The notes beneath the pieces were generated by a model that saw only the letters and a program-made list of their open reading frames with translations, was not told where the DNA came from and made no database searches. A stretch of DNA of 47,981 bases from Bacteroidota bacterium. GTDB taxonomy: Bacteria; Bacteroidota; Bacteroidia; Flavobacteriales; Schleiferiaceae. Positions within the stretch are counted from its first letter, which is position 1, and the number at the start of each line of letters is the position of its first letter. Below, piece by piece: positions 36,153-46,179 of this stretch. The position numbers were made by a program, and so were the translations under genes. Location: assembly GCA_003023665.1 (NCBI GenBank), contig PXYR01000001.1, positions 1-47,981 on the forward strand, given 5' to 3'.

Positions 36153-38816
36153 TTAGAAATCTAAAGTTATCTGAGGCGGTTCGTCTTCACCCATAAACGG
36201 CTTTTCTGCGGGAGAATCATTTTTCTCTAATGTTTCTTCAACGACTGGGCCGTTTAATTGTGGTAGTTCTTCAACAACTGATTGTGGCTCTTGTTCAGGC
36301 AATGGATCTAATCCTACCACCTTATTCAAGGTATCGGTAGTCAATTGATTGCCTTTTGCAGCTATTCCCTTAACCGAAATAAAATCACTTAAAATCACCG
36401 TTTCTGGATCCTTACTATCTCCTCCCTGCTTGCGGTAAATCATTTCTATAACTGGACGAGACGCATTTGATAGGTAGCTCAATTCACTTTTTGGATGTGC
36501 AGTAATTATGTTTATTTCCTTATCACCACCTTCCCAATCAAATCGTTTAACAAAATAGCGCCCTTTCTCACCGTCAAAATAAACAGCACTGATTGGTTTG
36601 CTCACGTCTAATTTCTCCAGATACATTATATCTGAATCAAAATGAAGCGACAGTTCAGGGACAACAACTTTTAATGTTCCGTTATTTGAAGCAATCAACA
36701 AGCGGTCTTCACCTTTAAAGCTTCCAAGTAGTCTTCCTCTTTCATCACTATTCAAGCGTTGAACAGTTGAGTCAAACCAGACTTTACGGGCTTCGAGTGT
36801 ACTCTCTCCTTTTTCTTTCAACTCAATGCGCTTCACAGGGAATTTGGTCACAATATTGCCTTTTGAAGCCCGACCTTTGATCGCTAAATCTGCGAAGTCT
36901 AAGTCAATTTTCAATTTCTTGAGCTTTGCTAATTGACGCAGGAGAACAAATACTTTTTCAGCTTCACCGTTCGGGTTTACTGTTAAATACGTGATTTTAG
37001 AATTTGCAAATCCTTGGGTGAGTTCATATTCGCGGTCTCTAGTTATCGATTTGACAATGAAGCGCTTGACATAACTCACTTTAGATTTTCCATCTAAATA
37101 AATGGCATTATAGACGGTTCGTTCATCCCCTTTCTTCCAAACTGCAACGTGCAAAATATCTTTACCAAAGAATGCCTTGTCCTTGACTTTGCTTACGGAA
37201 TATTTTCCGTCTCGTCGGATTACTATGATATCATCAATGTCTGAACAATCAGCGACGTACTCATCGCGCTTCATAGCCGTTCCTACAAAGCCTTCTTCTC
37301 TATTCACATAGAGTTTTTGGTTCCGAATGACCACTTTAGCAGCCTCCACACTATCAAAGGTTGCGATTTCCGTTTTGCGCCCGCGGTCCTTACCAAACTT
37401 CTCTTTTAAGTCCTTAAAGTAGGTGATTGCAAATTCTACCAAATGATTTAGATCGTGTTTGACAGCATCAATCTTACCCTCGAGTTCAATGATCTTATCG
37501 TTCGCCTTGTTCGTATCGAATTTAGAAATCCGCTTTATTTTGATCTCCGTCAATCGGATGATGTCCTCTTGGGTCACCTCACGCATTAAATGTCCAATAT
37601 GAGGCGCCAATCCTTTTTCAATAAACTCTAGCACCTGCTCCCACGTCTCGGCATCCTCTATATCCCTATAAATTTTCTTCTCAATGAAAATGCGCTCCAA
37701 AGAGGAAAAATGCCATTGTTCTTGAAGCTCTTTTAGTCGGATTTCGAGCTCCGCCTTCAATACTTGCTTTGTGGCCTCCGTAGACCTGAGTAAAATTTCC
37801 GATACTCCAATAAACAGCGGGGTATCCTCATGAATACTACAAGATAAAGGGGCAATACTAACCTCACAGTTGGTGAAGGCATACAACGCGTCAATGGTCT
37901 TATCTGGGCTTATACCGTTGGGCAAATGCACCAATATCTCCACATTTTCTGCCGTGTTGTCTTCAATCTTTTTAATCTTGATTTTACCCTTATCGTTTGC
38001 CTTAAGAATAGAATCAATCAAACTTTGGGTAGTTGTACTGTAGGGTATCTCAGTAATGACCAAAGTATTTTTATCCAATTGAGATATTTTAGCACGAACA
38101 CGTACTCTTGAGCCTCTCTTGCCGTTGTTGTAGTTCGAAAAATCTGCTTGTCCTCCAGTGGGAAAATCCGGAACCAATTTGAAGGGCTTACCCTGTAGAA
38201 CCTTTACCGACGCATCAATGAGTTCGTTGAAATTGTGCGGTAATATTTTAGTGCTCAATCCAACAGCAATTCCTTCCACACCCATTGCCAAAAGCATTGG
38301 AAATTTCATGGGCAGGTGCAAAGGCTCATTGGCTCTTCCGTCATAAGAAAGTTGCCATTCAGTAACCTTAGGGCTGTAGGCCACATGAAGTGCAAATTTT
38401 GTGAGACGCGCTTCTATATACCTGGGCGCCGCTGCACCGTCACCAGTGAGAATATTACCCCAATTCCCTTGACAATCAATAAGTAAATCCTTTTGGCCCA
38501 TCTGCACAAGAGCATCACCTATTGATGCATCGCCGTGTGGATGGAAACGCATGGTCTGTCCAATGATATTGGCCACCTTATGATAGCGTCCGTCGTCCAT
38601 TTCCTTCATTGCATGAAGCAAACGTCTCTGTACGGGTTTTAATCCGTCATTTAATGCTGGAACTGCTCGTTCTAGGATTACATAAGAAGCATAATCTAAA
38701 AAGTAATCTTCATACATACCAGAAACACGGGTAATACGCGTTCCTTCATCATAAGCAGCGTCCGATTGCATTTCAGGATCTAAACCATCCATTTGTGGAT
38801 CTAATTCTTCGCTCAT
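36153..38816 (-). CDS. parC: DNA topoisomerase IV subunit A (type IIA topoisomerase A subunit)
   Basis: DGLKPVQRR, the active-site region AAPRYIEARL, and no recognisable GyrA-box in the C-terminal domain. It is paired with a short ParE-type B subunit. Confidence 0.85.
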   Translation of the reverse strand: MSEELDPQMDGLDPEMQSDAAYDEGTRITRVSGMYEDYFLDYASYVILERAVPALNDGLKPVQRRLLHAMKEMDDGRYHKVANIIGQTMRFHPHGDASIGDALVQMGQKDLLIDCQGNWGNILTGDGAAAPRYIEARLTKFALHVAYSPKVTEWQLSYDGRANEPLHLPMKFPMLLAMGVEGIAVGLSTKILPHNFNELIDASVKVLQGKPFKLVPDFPTGGQADFSNYNNGKRGSRVRVRAKISQLDKNTLVITEIPYSTTTQSLIDSILKANDKGKIKIKKIEDNTAENVEILVHLPNGISPDKTIDALYAFTNCEVSIAPLSCSIHEDTPLFIGVSEILLRSTEATKQVLKAELEIRLKELQEQWHFSSLERIFIEKKIYRDIEDAETWEQVLEFIEKGLAPHIGHLMREVTQEDIIRLTEIKIKRISKFDTNKANDKIIELEGKIDAVKHDLNHLVEFAITYFKDLKEKFGKDRGRKTEIATFDSVEAAKVVIRNQKLYVNREEGFVGTAMKRDEYVADCSDIDDIIVIRRDGKYSVSKVKDKAFFGKDILHVAVWKKGDERTVYNAIYLDGKSKVSYVKRFIVKSITRDREYELTQGFANSKITYLTVNPNGEAEKVFVLLRQLAKLKKLKIDLDFADLAIKGRASKGNIVTKFPVKRIELKEKGESTLEARKVWFDSTVQRLNSDERGRLLGSFKGEDRLLIASNNGTLKVVVPELSLHFDSDIMYLEKLDVSKPISAVYFDGEKGRYFVKRFDWEGGDKEINIITAHPKSELSYLSNASRPVIEMIYRKQGGDSKDPETVILSDFISVKGIAAKGNQLTTDTLNKVVGLDPLPEQEPQSVVEELPQLNGPVVEETLEKNDSPAEKPFMGEDEPPQITLDF

Positions 38817-40687
38817 TAATTCAGAAATTCTTCTTCAAGGTTTTTTTCAACCCTTAAATTCTCAATGATAAACTCTTGACGCTTCGGGGTATTTTTACCC
38901 ATGTAAAATGTCAACAAGTCTTCCGATCTGTAATCTTTACTAATCATTACTGGTTCCAAGCGTATATCTTGGCCAATGAAGTATTTAAATTCATCCGGAC
39001 TTATTTCACCTAACCCCTTGAATCGGGTAATTTCAGGTTTAGGACCTAAAGCACCTATGGCGTCATTCTTCTCTTCATTAGAATAGCAATACCTGGTCTC
39101 TTTCTTATTCCTAACACGAAACAATGGTGTTTGTAAAATGTATAAGTGTCCTTCTTTGACTAACTCCGGGAAGAATTGCAAAAAGAATGTAATTAGCAGT
39201 AAACGGATATGCATACCGTCAACATCAGCATCCGTGGCAATCACTACATTATTATACCTCAAATCGTCAAGTCCTTCTTCAATATTTAGGGCCGCTTGTA
39301 ATAAGTTGAACTCTTCGTTTTCATAAACCACTTTTTTGGTTAATCCAAAACTATTTAGAGGCTTCCCTTTTAAGGAAAATACAGCTTGCGTATTCACGTC
39401 ACGGCTCTTAGTTATTGAACCCGAAGCACTATCGCCCTCTGTGATAAAGAGCGTGGATTCAAGCCTTCTATCTCCTTTCGGACTTGCTTTTTTATCGTTC
39501 AAATGAACCCGGCAATCTCTAAGCTTCTTATTGTGAAGTGATGCTTTTTTGGCTCTTTCTCTTGCTAATTTTCGAATTCCTTGTAGATCCTTGCGCTCGC
39601 GTTCTGCCCGCTGAATCTTTTTGAGAATGGCCTCTGCAACAGGCGCATTTCTATGCAAGTAATTGTCCAGCTCTTTCTTCATGAAATTAATCACGAAGGT
39701 TCTCACATGAATTTCGCCTGGTGCCATTTCTAAAGAGCCCAATTTGGTCTTGGTTTGGGATTCAAACACCGGTTCCATAACTTTCAATGAAATCGCGCCT
39801 ATAACGCAACTTCTAACGTCAGAAGCGTCAAAATTCTTACCGTAAAAATCACGCATAGTTGCCACCAGCGCCTCTCGGAAGGCATTTTGATGCGTACCCC
39901 CTTGAGTAGTATGCTGTCCGTTGACAAAACTGTAAAATTGTTCTCCCTGCATGCGTTCGCTATGCGTCAGAGCCACTTCAATATCATCACCTTTAAGATG
40001 TATGATGTCATGAATGGTATTCCCGTCTAAATTGTCTTGAAGCAAATCTTTAAGACCGTTTTCACTGTAGAATTTTTCACCGTTCAAATACAATGTGAGC
40101 CCAGGATTTAGATAGGCGTAATTCCAAAGCATCTTTTCTACATACTCAAGTATATAGCGGTAATTGATAAATATTTCGGAATCAGGACGGAATGAAACCT
40201 TGGTTCCTTTGCGCTGACTGCTCTCAATAATGGCATCGTCCTCGGTTAGCTTTCCGTATTCAAATTTGGCGCGCTTGGTTTGACCGTCTCGAAATGCCTG
40301 AACTACAAATTCTGTTGAAAGCGCATTAACCGCTTTGGCTCCCACTCCATTGAGACCCACTGATTTTTTAAACGCTTTGCTGTCATACTTAGCACCGGTG
40401 TTGATTTTAGAAACCACATCAACCACCTTTCCTAAAGGAATTCCCCTACCGTAATCACGAACCACCACTTGACCATCAGAAATTTTTACTTCAATAGTCT
40501 TACCGGCACCCATTACAAACTCGTCAATGGAATTATCCAACACCTCCTTTAGAAGAATGTAAATACCGTCATCTGGACTTTTTCCATCGCCCAATTTTCC
40601 GATATACATCCCAGGTCGTAAACGGATGTGCTCATCCCACTCTAATGAGCGTATATTGGCCTCGGTATAGTTCGATTGTTGTGACAT
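38816..40687 (-). CDS. parE: DNA topoisomerase IV subunit B (type IIA topoisomerase B subunit)
   Basis: GHKL ATPase ([23 protein letters not shown]), Toprim ([17 protein letters not shown]). 623 aa, and its stop overlaps the parC ATG by 1 nt. Confidence 0.85.
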   Translation of the reverse strand: MSQQSNYTEANIRSLEWDEHIRLRPGMYIGKLGDGKSPDDGIYILLKEVLDNSIDEFVMGAGKTIEVKISDGQVVVRDYGRGIPLGKVVDVVSKINTGAKYDSKAFKKSVGLNGVGAKAVNALSTEFVVQAFRDGQTKRAKFEYGKLTEDDAIIESSQRKGTKVSFRPDSEIFINYRYILEYVEKMLWNYAYLNPGLTLYLNGEKFYSENGLKDLLQDNLDGNTIHDIIHLKGDDIEVALTHSERMQGEQFYSFVNGQHTTQGGTHQNAFREALVATMRDFYGKNFDASDVRSCVIGAISLKVMEPVFESQTKTKLGSLEMAPGEIHVRTFVINFMKKELDNYLHRNAPVAEAILKKIQRAERERKDLQGIRKLARERAKKASLHNKKLRDCRVHLNDKKASPKGDRRLESTLFITEGDSASGSITKSRDVNTQAVFSLKGKPLNSFGLTKKVVYENEEFNLLQAALNIEEGLDDLRYNNVVIATDADVDGMHIRLLLITFFLQFFPELVKEGHLYILQTPLFRVRNKKETRYCYSNEEKNDAIGALGPKPEITRFKGLGEISPDEFKYFIGQDIRLEPVMISKDYRSEDLLTFYMGKNTPKRQEFIIENLRVEKNLEEEFLN

Positions 40688-40769
40688 TTTAGCTGAAATC
40701 GTTAGCTCCCTAAAATAAAGAGATGCACGTCGATTACAAGGCGGTTAGACAGGTTTATTTACACAGGTT

Positions 40770-41861
40770 TTACACATTAAAACGGAAGTGCATCACATCG
40801 CCATCTTGAACCATGTATTCTTTCCCTTCTACGCGCATTTTACCGGCCTCTTTTACCGCATTTTCAGAACCATATTGATCGTAGTCTTTGAATGAAATTA
40901 CTTCGGCACGGATAAAACCGTTTTCAAAATCTGTGTGAATCACCCCAGCAGCTTGCGGTGCGGTACAATGGCGTTTGATAGTCCATGCCCTTACCTCTTT
41001 TACACCAGCTGTAAAATAGGTCTGTAATTGAAGTAGATTATATGCTGCACGAATCACACGATTCACCCCGGCATCTTCCAATCCTAGTTCCTCAAGAAAC
41101 AGTTGTTTTTCCTCATAGGTTTCTAACTCAGCAATATCACTTTCGGTGCTTACAGCAATGTGTAAGCAACCGGCATTTTCTTCGGCTGCCATCACGCGGA
41201 CTCTTTCCACATGATTATTTCCTTCCCGAGCAGCACTCTCCTCCACATTACACAAATACAATACAGGTTTGTCTGTTAACAGCTGCATTTCTTTCAAGAG
41301 TTCTCGCTCGCGTTCGGTTCGATCAAATCCTCGTACGTTTTTGCTTTCCATTAAAAAAGCACACAATCGCTCCAAAGTCTCTACATTCAGTTTTGCCTCT
41401 TTTTCGCCACTTTTTGCCATTTTTTTGGCTTTTTCAAGCCTTTTTTCAACGGTTTCAAGGTCTTTTAGCTGTAATTCTATATCTATAGTCTCTTTATCTC
41501 GAATGGGATCTATAGAACCATCAACATGAGTAACATTTTCATTTTCAAAACATCTTAGGACATGAATGATGGCATTGGTTTCGCGAATATTGCCAAGAAA
41601 CTGGTTGCCAAGCCCTTCTCCTTTTGAAGCGCCACGAACAAGGCCCGCAATATCAACGATTTCAACATTAGCTGCCTGTACCTTCTCAGGGTTCACCAAT
41701 TCAGCCAATCGCTCTAATCTATGATCCGGTACAGTGACCTGACCTACATTGGGTTCGATTGTACAAAAAGGATAATTCGCAGCCTGAGCTTTCGCGCTGG
41801 ATAAACAATTGAATAATGTACTTTTTCCTACGTTTGGTAAACCAACTATTCCACACTTCAT
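40770..41861 (-). CDS. ychF: redox-regulated ATPase YchF (Obg-like)
   Basis: MKCGIVGLPNVGKSTLFN, the TGS-like C-terminus and DGDVMHFRFNV. The start was moved to the Met of MKCGIVG, because the 41-codon upstream extension has no homology pattern and covers the promoter. Confidence 0.93.
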   Translation of the reverse strand: MKCGIVGLPNVGKSTLFNCLSSAKAQAANYPFCTIEPNVGQVTVPDHRLERLAELVNPEKVQAANVEIVDIAGLVRGASKGEGLGNQFLGNIRETNAIIHVLRCFENENVTHVDGSIDPIRDKETIDIELQLKDLETVEKRLEKAKKMAKSGEKEAKLNVETLERLCAFLMESKNVRGFDRTERERELLKEMQLLTDKPVLYLCNVEESAAREGNNHVERVRVMAAEENAGCLHIAVSTESDIAELETYEEKQLFLEELGLEDAGVNRVIRAAYNLLQLQTYFTAGVKEVRAWTIKRHCTAPQAAGVIHTDFENGFIRAEVISFKDYDQYGSENAVKEAGKMRVEGKEYMVQDGDVMHFRFNV

Positions 41862-41881
41862 TTCGTAATGCTTTAAGGCCG

Positions 41882-41889
41882 CAAATATA
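41882..41889 (-). promoter_or_regulatory. -7 promoter box TATATTTG (perfect TAnnTTTG) for ychF
   Basis: The reverse complement of CAAATATA lies 20 nt upstream of the ATG at 41861. Confidence 0.5.
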
Positions 41890-41993
41890 ATTGGAATCTT
41901 TGTTAGCAACGTGTGTATATATGAGAATACATTATTTCCTTTAACCCTATAGAATTGGCCTATTTTAGTACCTCTAAACAACAAGAAATAAAG

Positions 41994-42839
41994 ATGTCAC
42001 ACGATAACCTTCAAGCCGTCGTTAGTCAAGTAAGAAGAGACATTGTAAGAATGGTACATGCTGTTAATTCTGGTCATCCTGGAGGATCACTCGGTTGTGT
42101 TGAGTACTTGGTTTCATTGTACTTTAAACACATGAATCACCATCCTAAAGACTTTAAAATGGACGGCATTGGTGAGGATGTTTTCTTTCTATCCAATGGA
42201 CATATAAGCCCAGTTATTTATTCTGTTTTGGCTCGGGCTGGCTATTTTGAGGTTAGTGAATTAAACACATTCAGAAAATTAAACTCACGTCTACAGGGTC
42301 ATCCAACCACACACGAAGGGTTAGAAGGCATACGAATTGCATCTGGTTCACTTGGACAAGGGTTGAGTGTCGCTATAGGCGCAGCCACCGCTAAAAAACT
42401 CAACAAGGACCGTAGCATTGTCTATACTTTGCACGGTGACGGAGAACTTCAAGAAGGTCAAATTTGGGAAGCTGTAATGTATGCCTCCGCCAAAAACGTT
42501 GATAATTTGATTGCAGCGGTAGATGTAAATGAAAAACAGATAGACGGTTCTACAAATGATGTTTTAGCCATGGGTTCAATCGGCGCGAAATTTAAAGCCT
42601 TTGATTGGGAAGTCATTCATGTAAAGCAAGGCAATAATCTTGATGCTATTGACGAAACACTTACCCAAGCAAAAGGCAAACTTGGCAATGGTAAGCCTAT
42701 ATGCCTGTTACTGCAAACTGAGATGGGTAACGGTGTTGATTTTATGATGGGGACACATAAATGGCATGGAGTTGCGCCTAATGATGAACAACTTTTGAGT
42801 GCGCTATCTCAGAACGAAGAAACCCTAGGAGACTATTAA
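41994..42839 (+). CDS. transketolase, N-terminal (thiamine-diphosphate-binding) subunit
   Basis: SGHPGGSLG, the GHISP-type His and the TPP motif GDGELQEGQIWEA. The start was set at MSHDNLQ. Confidence 0.9.
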   Translation: MSHDNLQAVVSQVRRDIVRMVHAVNSGHPGGSLGCVEYLVSLYFKHMNHHPKDFKMDGIGEDVFFLSNGHISPVIYSVLARAGYFEVSELNTFRKLNSRLQGHPTTHEGLEGIRIASGSLGQGLSVAIGAATAKKLNKDRSIVYTLHGDGELQEGQIWEAVMYASAKNVDNLIAAVDVNEKQIDGSTNDVLAMGSIGAKFKAFDWEVIHVKQGNNLDAIDETLTQAKGKLGNGKPICLLLQTEMGNGVDFMMGTHKWHGVAPNDEQLLSALSQNEETLGDY

Positions 42840-42849
42840 CCCCTACCCA

Positions 42850-44229
42850 TTGAAAAAACTATTTCTCTACATAGCATTTTTATCTTGTACAATACTCTTT
42901 GCGCAAAGCAAGGATAATGAACAACGACCGCCGTTAACCCGAATTTTATTTGTTTTTGATGGAAGCCAAAGTATGTATGGGCGCTGGGAAACTGGAGCAA
43001 AGATTGACGTTGCTCAGCGTTTAATGGGGCAAATGTTGGATAGTTTGCAAGACATTCAAGCCGCTGGAAATTTTCAACTTGCCTTGAGGGTTTATGGACA
43101 TCAAAAGCCCGTCCCTCCACAGGATTGTTCTGATACGCGCCTAGAAGTGCCTTTTGGTAAGGGAAATATTTATAAAATTAAGCGGGTTCTAAAAAGCATT
43201 ACACCCCGCGGTACTACGCCAATCGCCGGTTCTTTGATGAAAGCGGCCAACGACTTCACTCCTTGCGAAGATTGCAGAAACATTATTATTCTTATCACGG
43301 ATGGAGTTGAAGCTTGTGATGGTGATCCTTGCATCGTTAGCAAACGGCTACAAAAAGAAGGTATTGTTCTAAAGCCTTTTGTCATTGGAATAGGCTTGGA
43401 TGAGGACTTCAAAAGTAGTTTTGAATGTGTTGGCACCTACTTTGATGCAGCTGACGAAAACACTTTTAAAAATGTTTTAGGCGTTGTTATCTCCCAGGCA
43501 TTAGATAATACCACTGCGCAAATTAACCTACTAGATATTCACGGGAAGCCCACGGAAACAGATGTACCCGTTCTTCTATATGACCATACTTCCGGGAAGA
43601 TAAAAGAAAACATTATTCACACCTTGAACTACAAAGGGCTACCTGATACCCTTGTTCTTGACCCTTTAATAGTTTATGACATGGTTGTCCACACTATTCC
43701 ACCAGTCCGTGTGGATAGCATTGTTATTCACAGTGGCGCGCATACGCATATTGGGGCGAGTACACCACAAGGAGAATTAGTACTTAAAGCTTCTCCTCGA
43801 ATTGCAAAGAATATTGCTTGCATTATCAAACCTCAAAATCAAGAAACTATTCTGCACGTTCAAGACTTTGGGACCTCTCAAAGTTACCTTAGCGGCACCT
43901 ACGACTTAGAAATTTTAACCTTGCCTCGTATCATTCAAAAGGGCATACACATCAAGGCAAGTGCTTCTACTACCATTGCAGTTCCACCGCCTGGAATGGT
44001 AACTATTCAAACTGGAGTAAGTGGTTATGGCGCCGTATTCGTTCAGAGAGAAACAGGATATGAATGGGTTGTTGATCTCAGTGAAAGTAGCGAACGTCAG
44101 GTTTTTCAACTTCAACCAGGACAATATAAAGTAGTGTTCAGAAGCAAATTTGCTCAAGAAACAGGTTACAGTAAGAACAAAGAATTCAGAGTGAGTCCAG
44201 GCTCATCAACCATAGTGAAAATCAACTAA
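42850..44229 (+). CDS. secreted von Willebrand factor A (VWA/MIDAS) domain protein with three C-terminal beta-rich repeats
   Basis: A TTG start is required to include the signal peptide (M)KKLFLYIAFLSCTILFAQS. MIDAS residues are DGSQS ... GTTPIA ... ITDG. The C-terminal half has three similar modules (VYDMVVHTIP..., TYDLEILTLP..., QYKVVFRSKF...). Confidence 0.75.
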   Translation: MKKLFLYIAFLSCTILFAQSKDNEQRPPLTRILFVFDGSQSMYGRWETGAKIDVAQRLMGQMLDSLQDIQAAGNFQLALRVYGHQKPVPPQDCSDTRLEVPFGKGNIYKIKRVLKSITPRGTTPIAGSLMKAANDFTPCEDCRNIIILITDGVEACDGDPCIVSKRLQKEGIVLKPFVIGIGLDEDFKSSFECVGTYFDAADENTFKNVLGVVISQALDNTTAQINLLDIHGKPTETDVPVLLYDHTSGKIKENIIHTLNYKGLPDTLVLDPLIVYDMVVHTIPPVRVDSIVIHSGAHTHIGASTPQGELVLKASPRIAKNIACIIKPQNQETILHVQDFGTSQSYLSGTYDLEILTLPRIIQKGIHIKASASTTIAVPPPGMVTIQTGVSGYGAVFVQRETGYEWVVDLSESSERQVFQLQPGQYKVVFRSKFAQETGYSKNKEFRVSPGSSTIVKIN

Positions 44230-44230
44230 A

Positions 44231-45187
44231 ATGAAAAAATACAGCGATACAGGAAGTAAGGATACACGTTCTGGTTTTGGAGCCGGTTTGGAAGAATTAG
44301 GCAATACCAATGAAAATGTGGTCGCCCTCTGCGCTGACCTTACAGGCTCGCTTAAAATGAATGCATTTGCCGAACAGCATCCAGATCGCTTCTTTCAAGT
44401 GGGAATTGCAGAAGCCAATATGATGGGGATCGCAGCAGGCCTTACTATTGGCGGAAAAATTCCGTTCACAGGAACATTTGCGAATTTCTCAACAGGCCGG
44501 GTTTATGATCAGATTCGTCAAAGCATTGCATACAGCGGTAAAAATGTAAAAATTTGCGCTTCACATGCTGGTTTAACCCTTGGAGAGGACGGAGCCACAC
44601 ACCAAATCCTTGAGGATCTTGGCTTAATGAAAATGTTGCCGCATATGGTAGTGATTAACCCTTGTGACTACAACCAAACCAAAGCTGCAACTATTGCAAT
44701 TGCTGATTACGACGGTCCTGTTTATTTGAGATTTGGCCGTCCAAAAGTGGCTAATTTCACGGAAATTGATGCCCCTTTCGTAATTGGTAAAGGAGATCTC
44801 ATGACAGAAGGAAGTGATGTGACAATTGTTGCAACCGGACATTTGGTTTGGGAGTCATTGCAAGCTGCAGAAAAACTTGATTCCGTGGGTATAAGTGCTG
44901 AAGTAATAAATATGGCAACCGTCAAACCGCTAGACGAGAGCATTGTTTTAAAATCTATTAAAAAAACAGGGTGTGTAGTAACCGCCGAAGAGCATAACCG
45001 TTTTGGCGGATTGGGAGAAAGCATTGCTCAAACTCTTGTAACCAATAATCCTGTTCCCCAAGAATTCGTGGCGGTTAACGATAGTTTTGGAGAAAGTGGA
45101 ACTCCAGCGCAATTAATGGATAAGTACGGATTAAATGCAGACGCAATAGTTTCTGCAGCTCAAAAAGTAATTAAAAGAAAAAAATAA
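44231..45187 (+). CDS. transketolase, C-terminal (pyrimidine-binding plus C-terminal domain) subunit
   Basis: FFQVGIAEANMMGIAAGL, GATHQILEDL and FGESG motifs. It starts 1 nt after the VWA gene stop. Confidence 0.9.
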   Translation: MKKYSDTGSKDTRSGFGAGLEELGNTNENVVALCADLTGSLKMNAFAEQHPDRFFQVGIAEANMMGIAAGLTIGGKIPFTGTFANFSTGRVYDQIRQSIAYSGKNVKICASHAGLTLGEDGATHQILEDLGLMKMLPHMVVINPCDYNQTKAATIAIADYDGPVYLRFGRPKVANFTEIDAPFVIGKGDLMTEGSDVTIVATGHLVWESLQAAEKLDSVGISAEVINMATVKPLDESIVLKSIKKTGCVVTAEEHNRFGGLGESIAQTLVTNNPVPQEFVAVNDSFGESGTPAQLMDKYGLNADAIVSAAQKVIKRKK

Positions 45188-45226
45188 TTTAAACCTTTCT
45201 TATCTTCCTCTTATCTAAAGGTAATC

Positions 45227-45772
45227 ATGGAGGAACCCAAAGACATAAAAAGCCTCCTATTGCGCCAGCAATGGGAGGCTTCTTTTTATCAGATTGTTGA
45301 ACAGTACAGCGAGCGTCTCCTTTATTGTGCTATAAGTATTCTTAAAAGCGAAACACAAGCCCAAGACGCACTTCAAGAAGGAATGATTAGTATTTGGAAA
45401 AATCTTCACAGATTTGAAGGAAAAAGTCATCCGTTTACATGGTGTTATTCCATAGTTCGCAATGCAGCATTAACTGAACTAAAAAGAGAGAATCGTCATA
45501 AAAGTAGTGATGTTGATTCGCTATCTCATGCCGCGATTAGCCCTGTAGATCTTAAGTGGGACGGTGATGAAATCAGTAAAAAGGTCCAAGAAGTCCTAGC
45601 CAAGCTTCCTGAAAAACAGCAAATGGTTTTTGAACTTCGTTATTATCAAGATTTGAGTTTCAAAGATATATCTGAGCTTACTGGAACTTCAACTGGAGCT
45701 TTAAAGGCAAATTACCACCATGCCAAAATCAAAATGGAAGAAAATTTAATTGGACTATTAAACCTTCCTTAA
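45227..45772 (+). CDS. ECF-type RNA polymerase sigma factor
   Basis: Sigma-70 region 2 (AQDALQEGMISIWKNLHRF ... FTWCYSIVRNAAL) and region 4 HTH (LPEKQQMVFELRYYQDLSFKDISELTGTSTGALKANYHHA). Confidence 0.88.
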   Translation: MEEPKDIKSLLLRQQWEASFYQIVEQYSERLLYCAISILKSETQAQDALQEGMISIWKNLHRFEGKSHPFTWCYSIVRNAALTELKRENRHKSSDVDSLSHAAISPVDLKWDGDEISKKVQEVLAKLPEKQQMVFELRYYQDLSFKDISELTGTSTGALKANYHHAKIKMEENLIGLLNLP

Positions 45773-45795
45773 TCAAGGATATCTATACTCTAAAG

Positions 45796-46179
45796 ATGGA
45801 AAAAGAAAAATTACATACGATTAATCCTGAACGATTGAATGAATTAAAAGCACGGCTGCACGGGATTCCTGAGCAATACATTGTTGAACGCAATAAAAGA
45901 GAATCTAAATCAAAGAAAGCTGTTTTGAGACCATTTTTAAGGTTATCCATTGCTGCAGCAGCTTCAATCGCATTTGTGATTTTTCTTTGGCCAAAAGAAC
46001 AGAATAACCGCGAAGAATTCACAAAGGATGTTCTTTCAGAGATGTATGCACTTGGATATATAGATATGGAAGACCTATATACTTATGTTGACATGGATTC
46101 TTTAGAAATGAATTACTTAGAACTTGATGCTGATATTTATTTGGACTATTATAACAACTTAGATTATTTGGAATTATGA
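45796..46179 (+). CDS. putative single-pass anti-sigma factor
   Basis: 127 aa, immediately downstream of the ECF sigma gene. It has one TM segment (LRLSIAAAASIAFVIFLW) and an acidic C-terminal tail. The assignment rests on position and topology only. Confidence 0.45.
   Translation: MEKEKLHTINPERLNELKARLHGIPEQYIVERNKRESKSKKAVLRPFLRLSIAAAASIAFVIFLWPKEQNNREEFTKDVLSEMYALGYIDMEDLYTYVDMDSLEMNYLELDADIYLDYYNNLDYLEL

Noticed and set aside
36153-40687. Whether the type IIA topoisomerase pair is gyrB/gyrA rather than parE/parC
   Set aside because: The B subunit is short (623 aa) and starts with the [22 protein letters not shown] pattern that I associate with Bacteroidota ParE. The A subunit C-terminal domain shows no GyrA-box (QRRGGKG-like) motif. 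The topo IV call is kept, but only a phylogeny would settle it.
41862-41984. 41-codon upstream extension of ychF (ORF called from 41984)
   Set aside because: YchF proteins begin at the MKxGIVGLPNVGKST P-loop. The extension would cover a perfect TATATTTG -7 box (41882-41889) and overlap the divergent transketolase start region.
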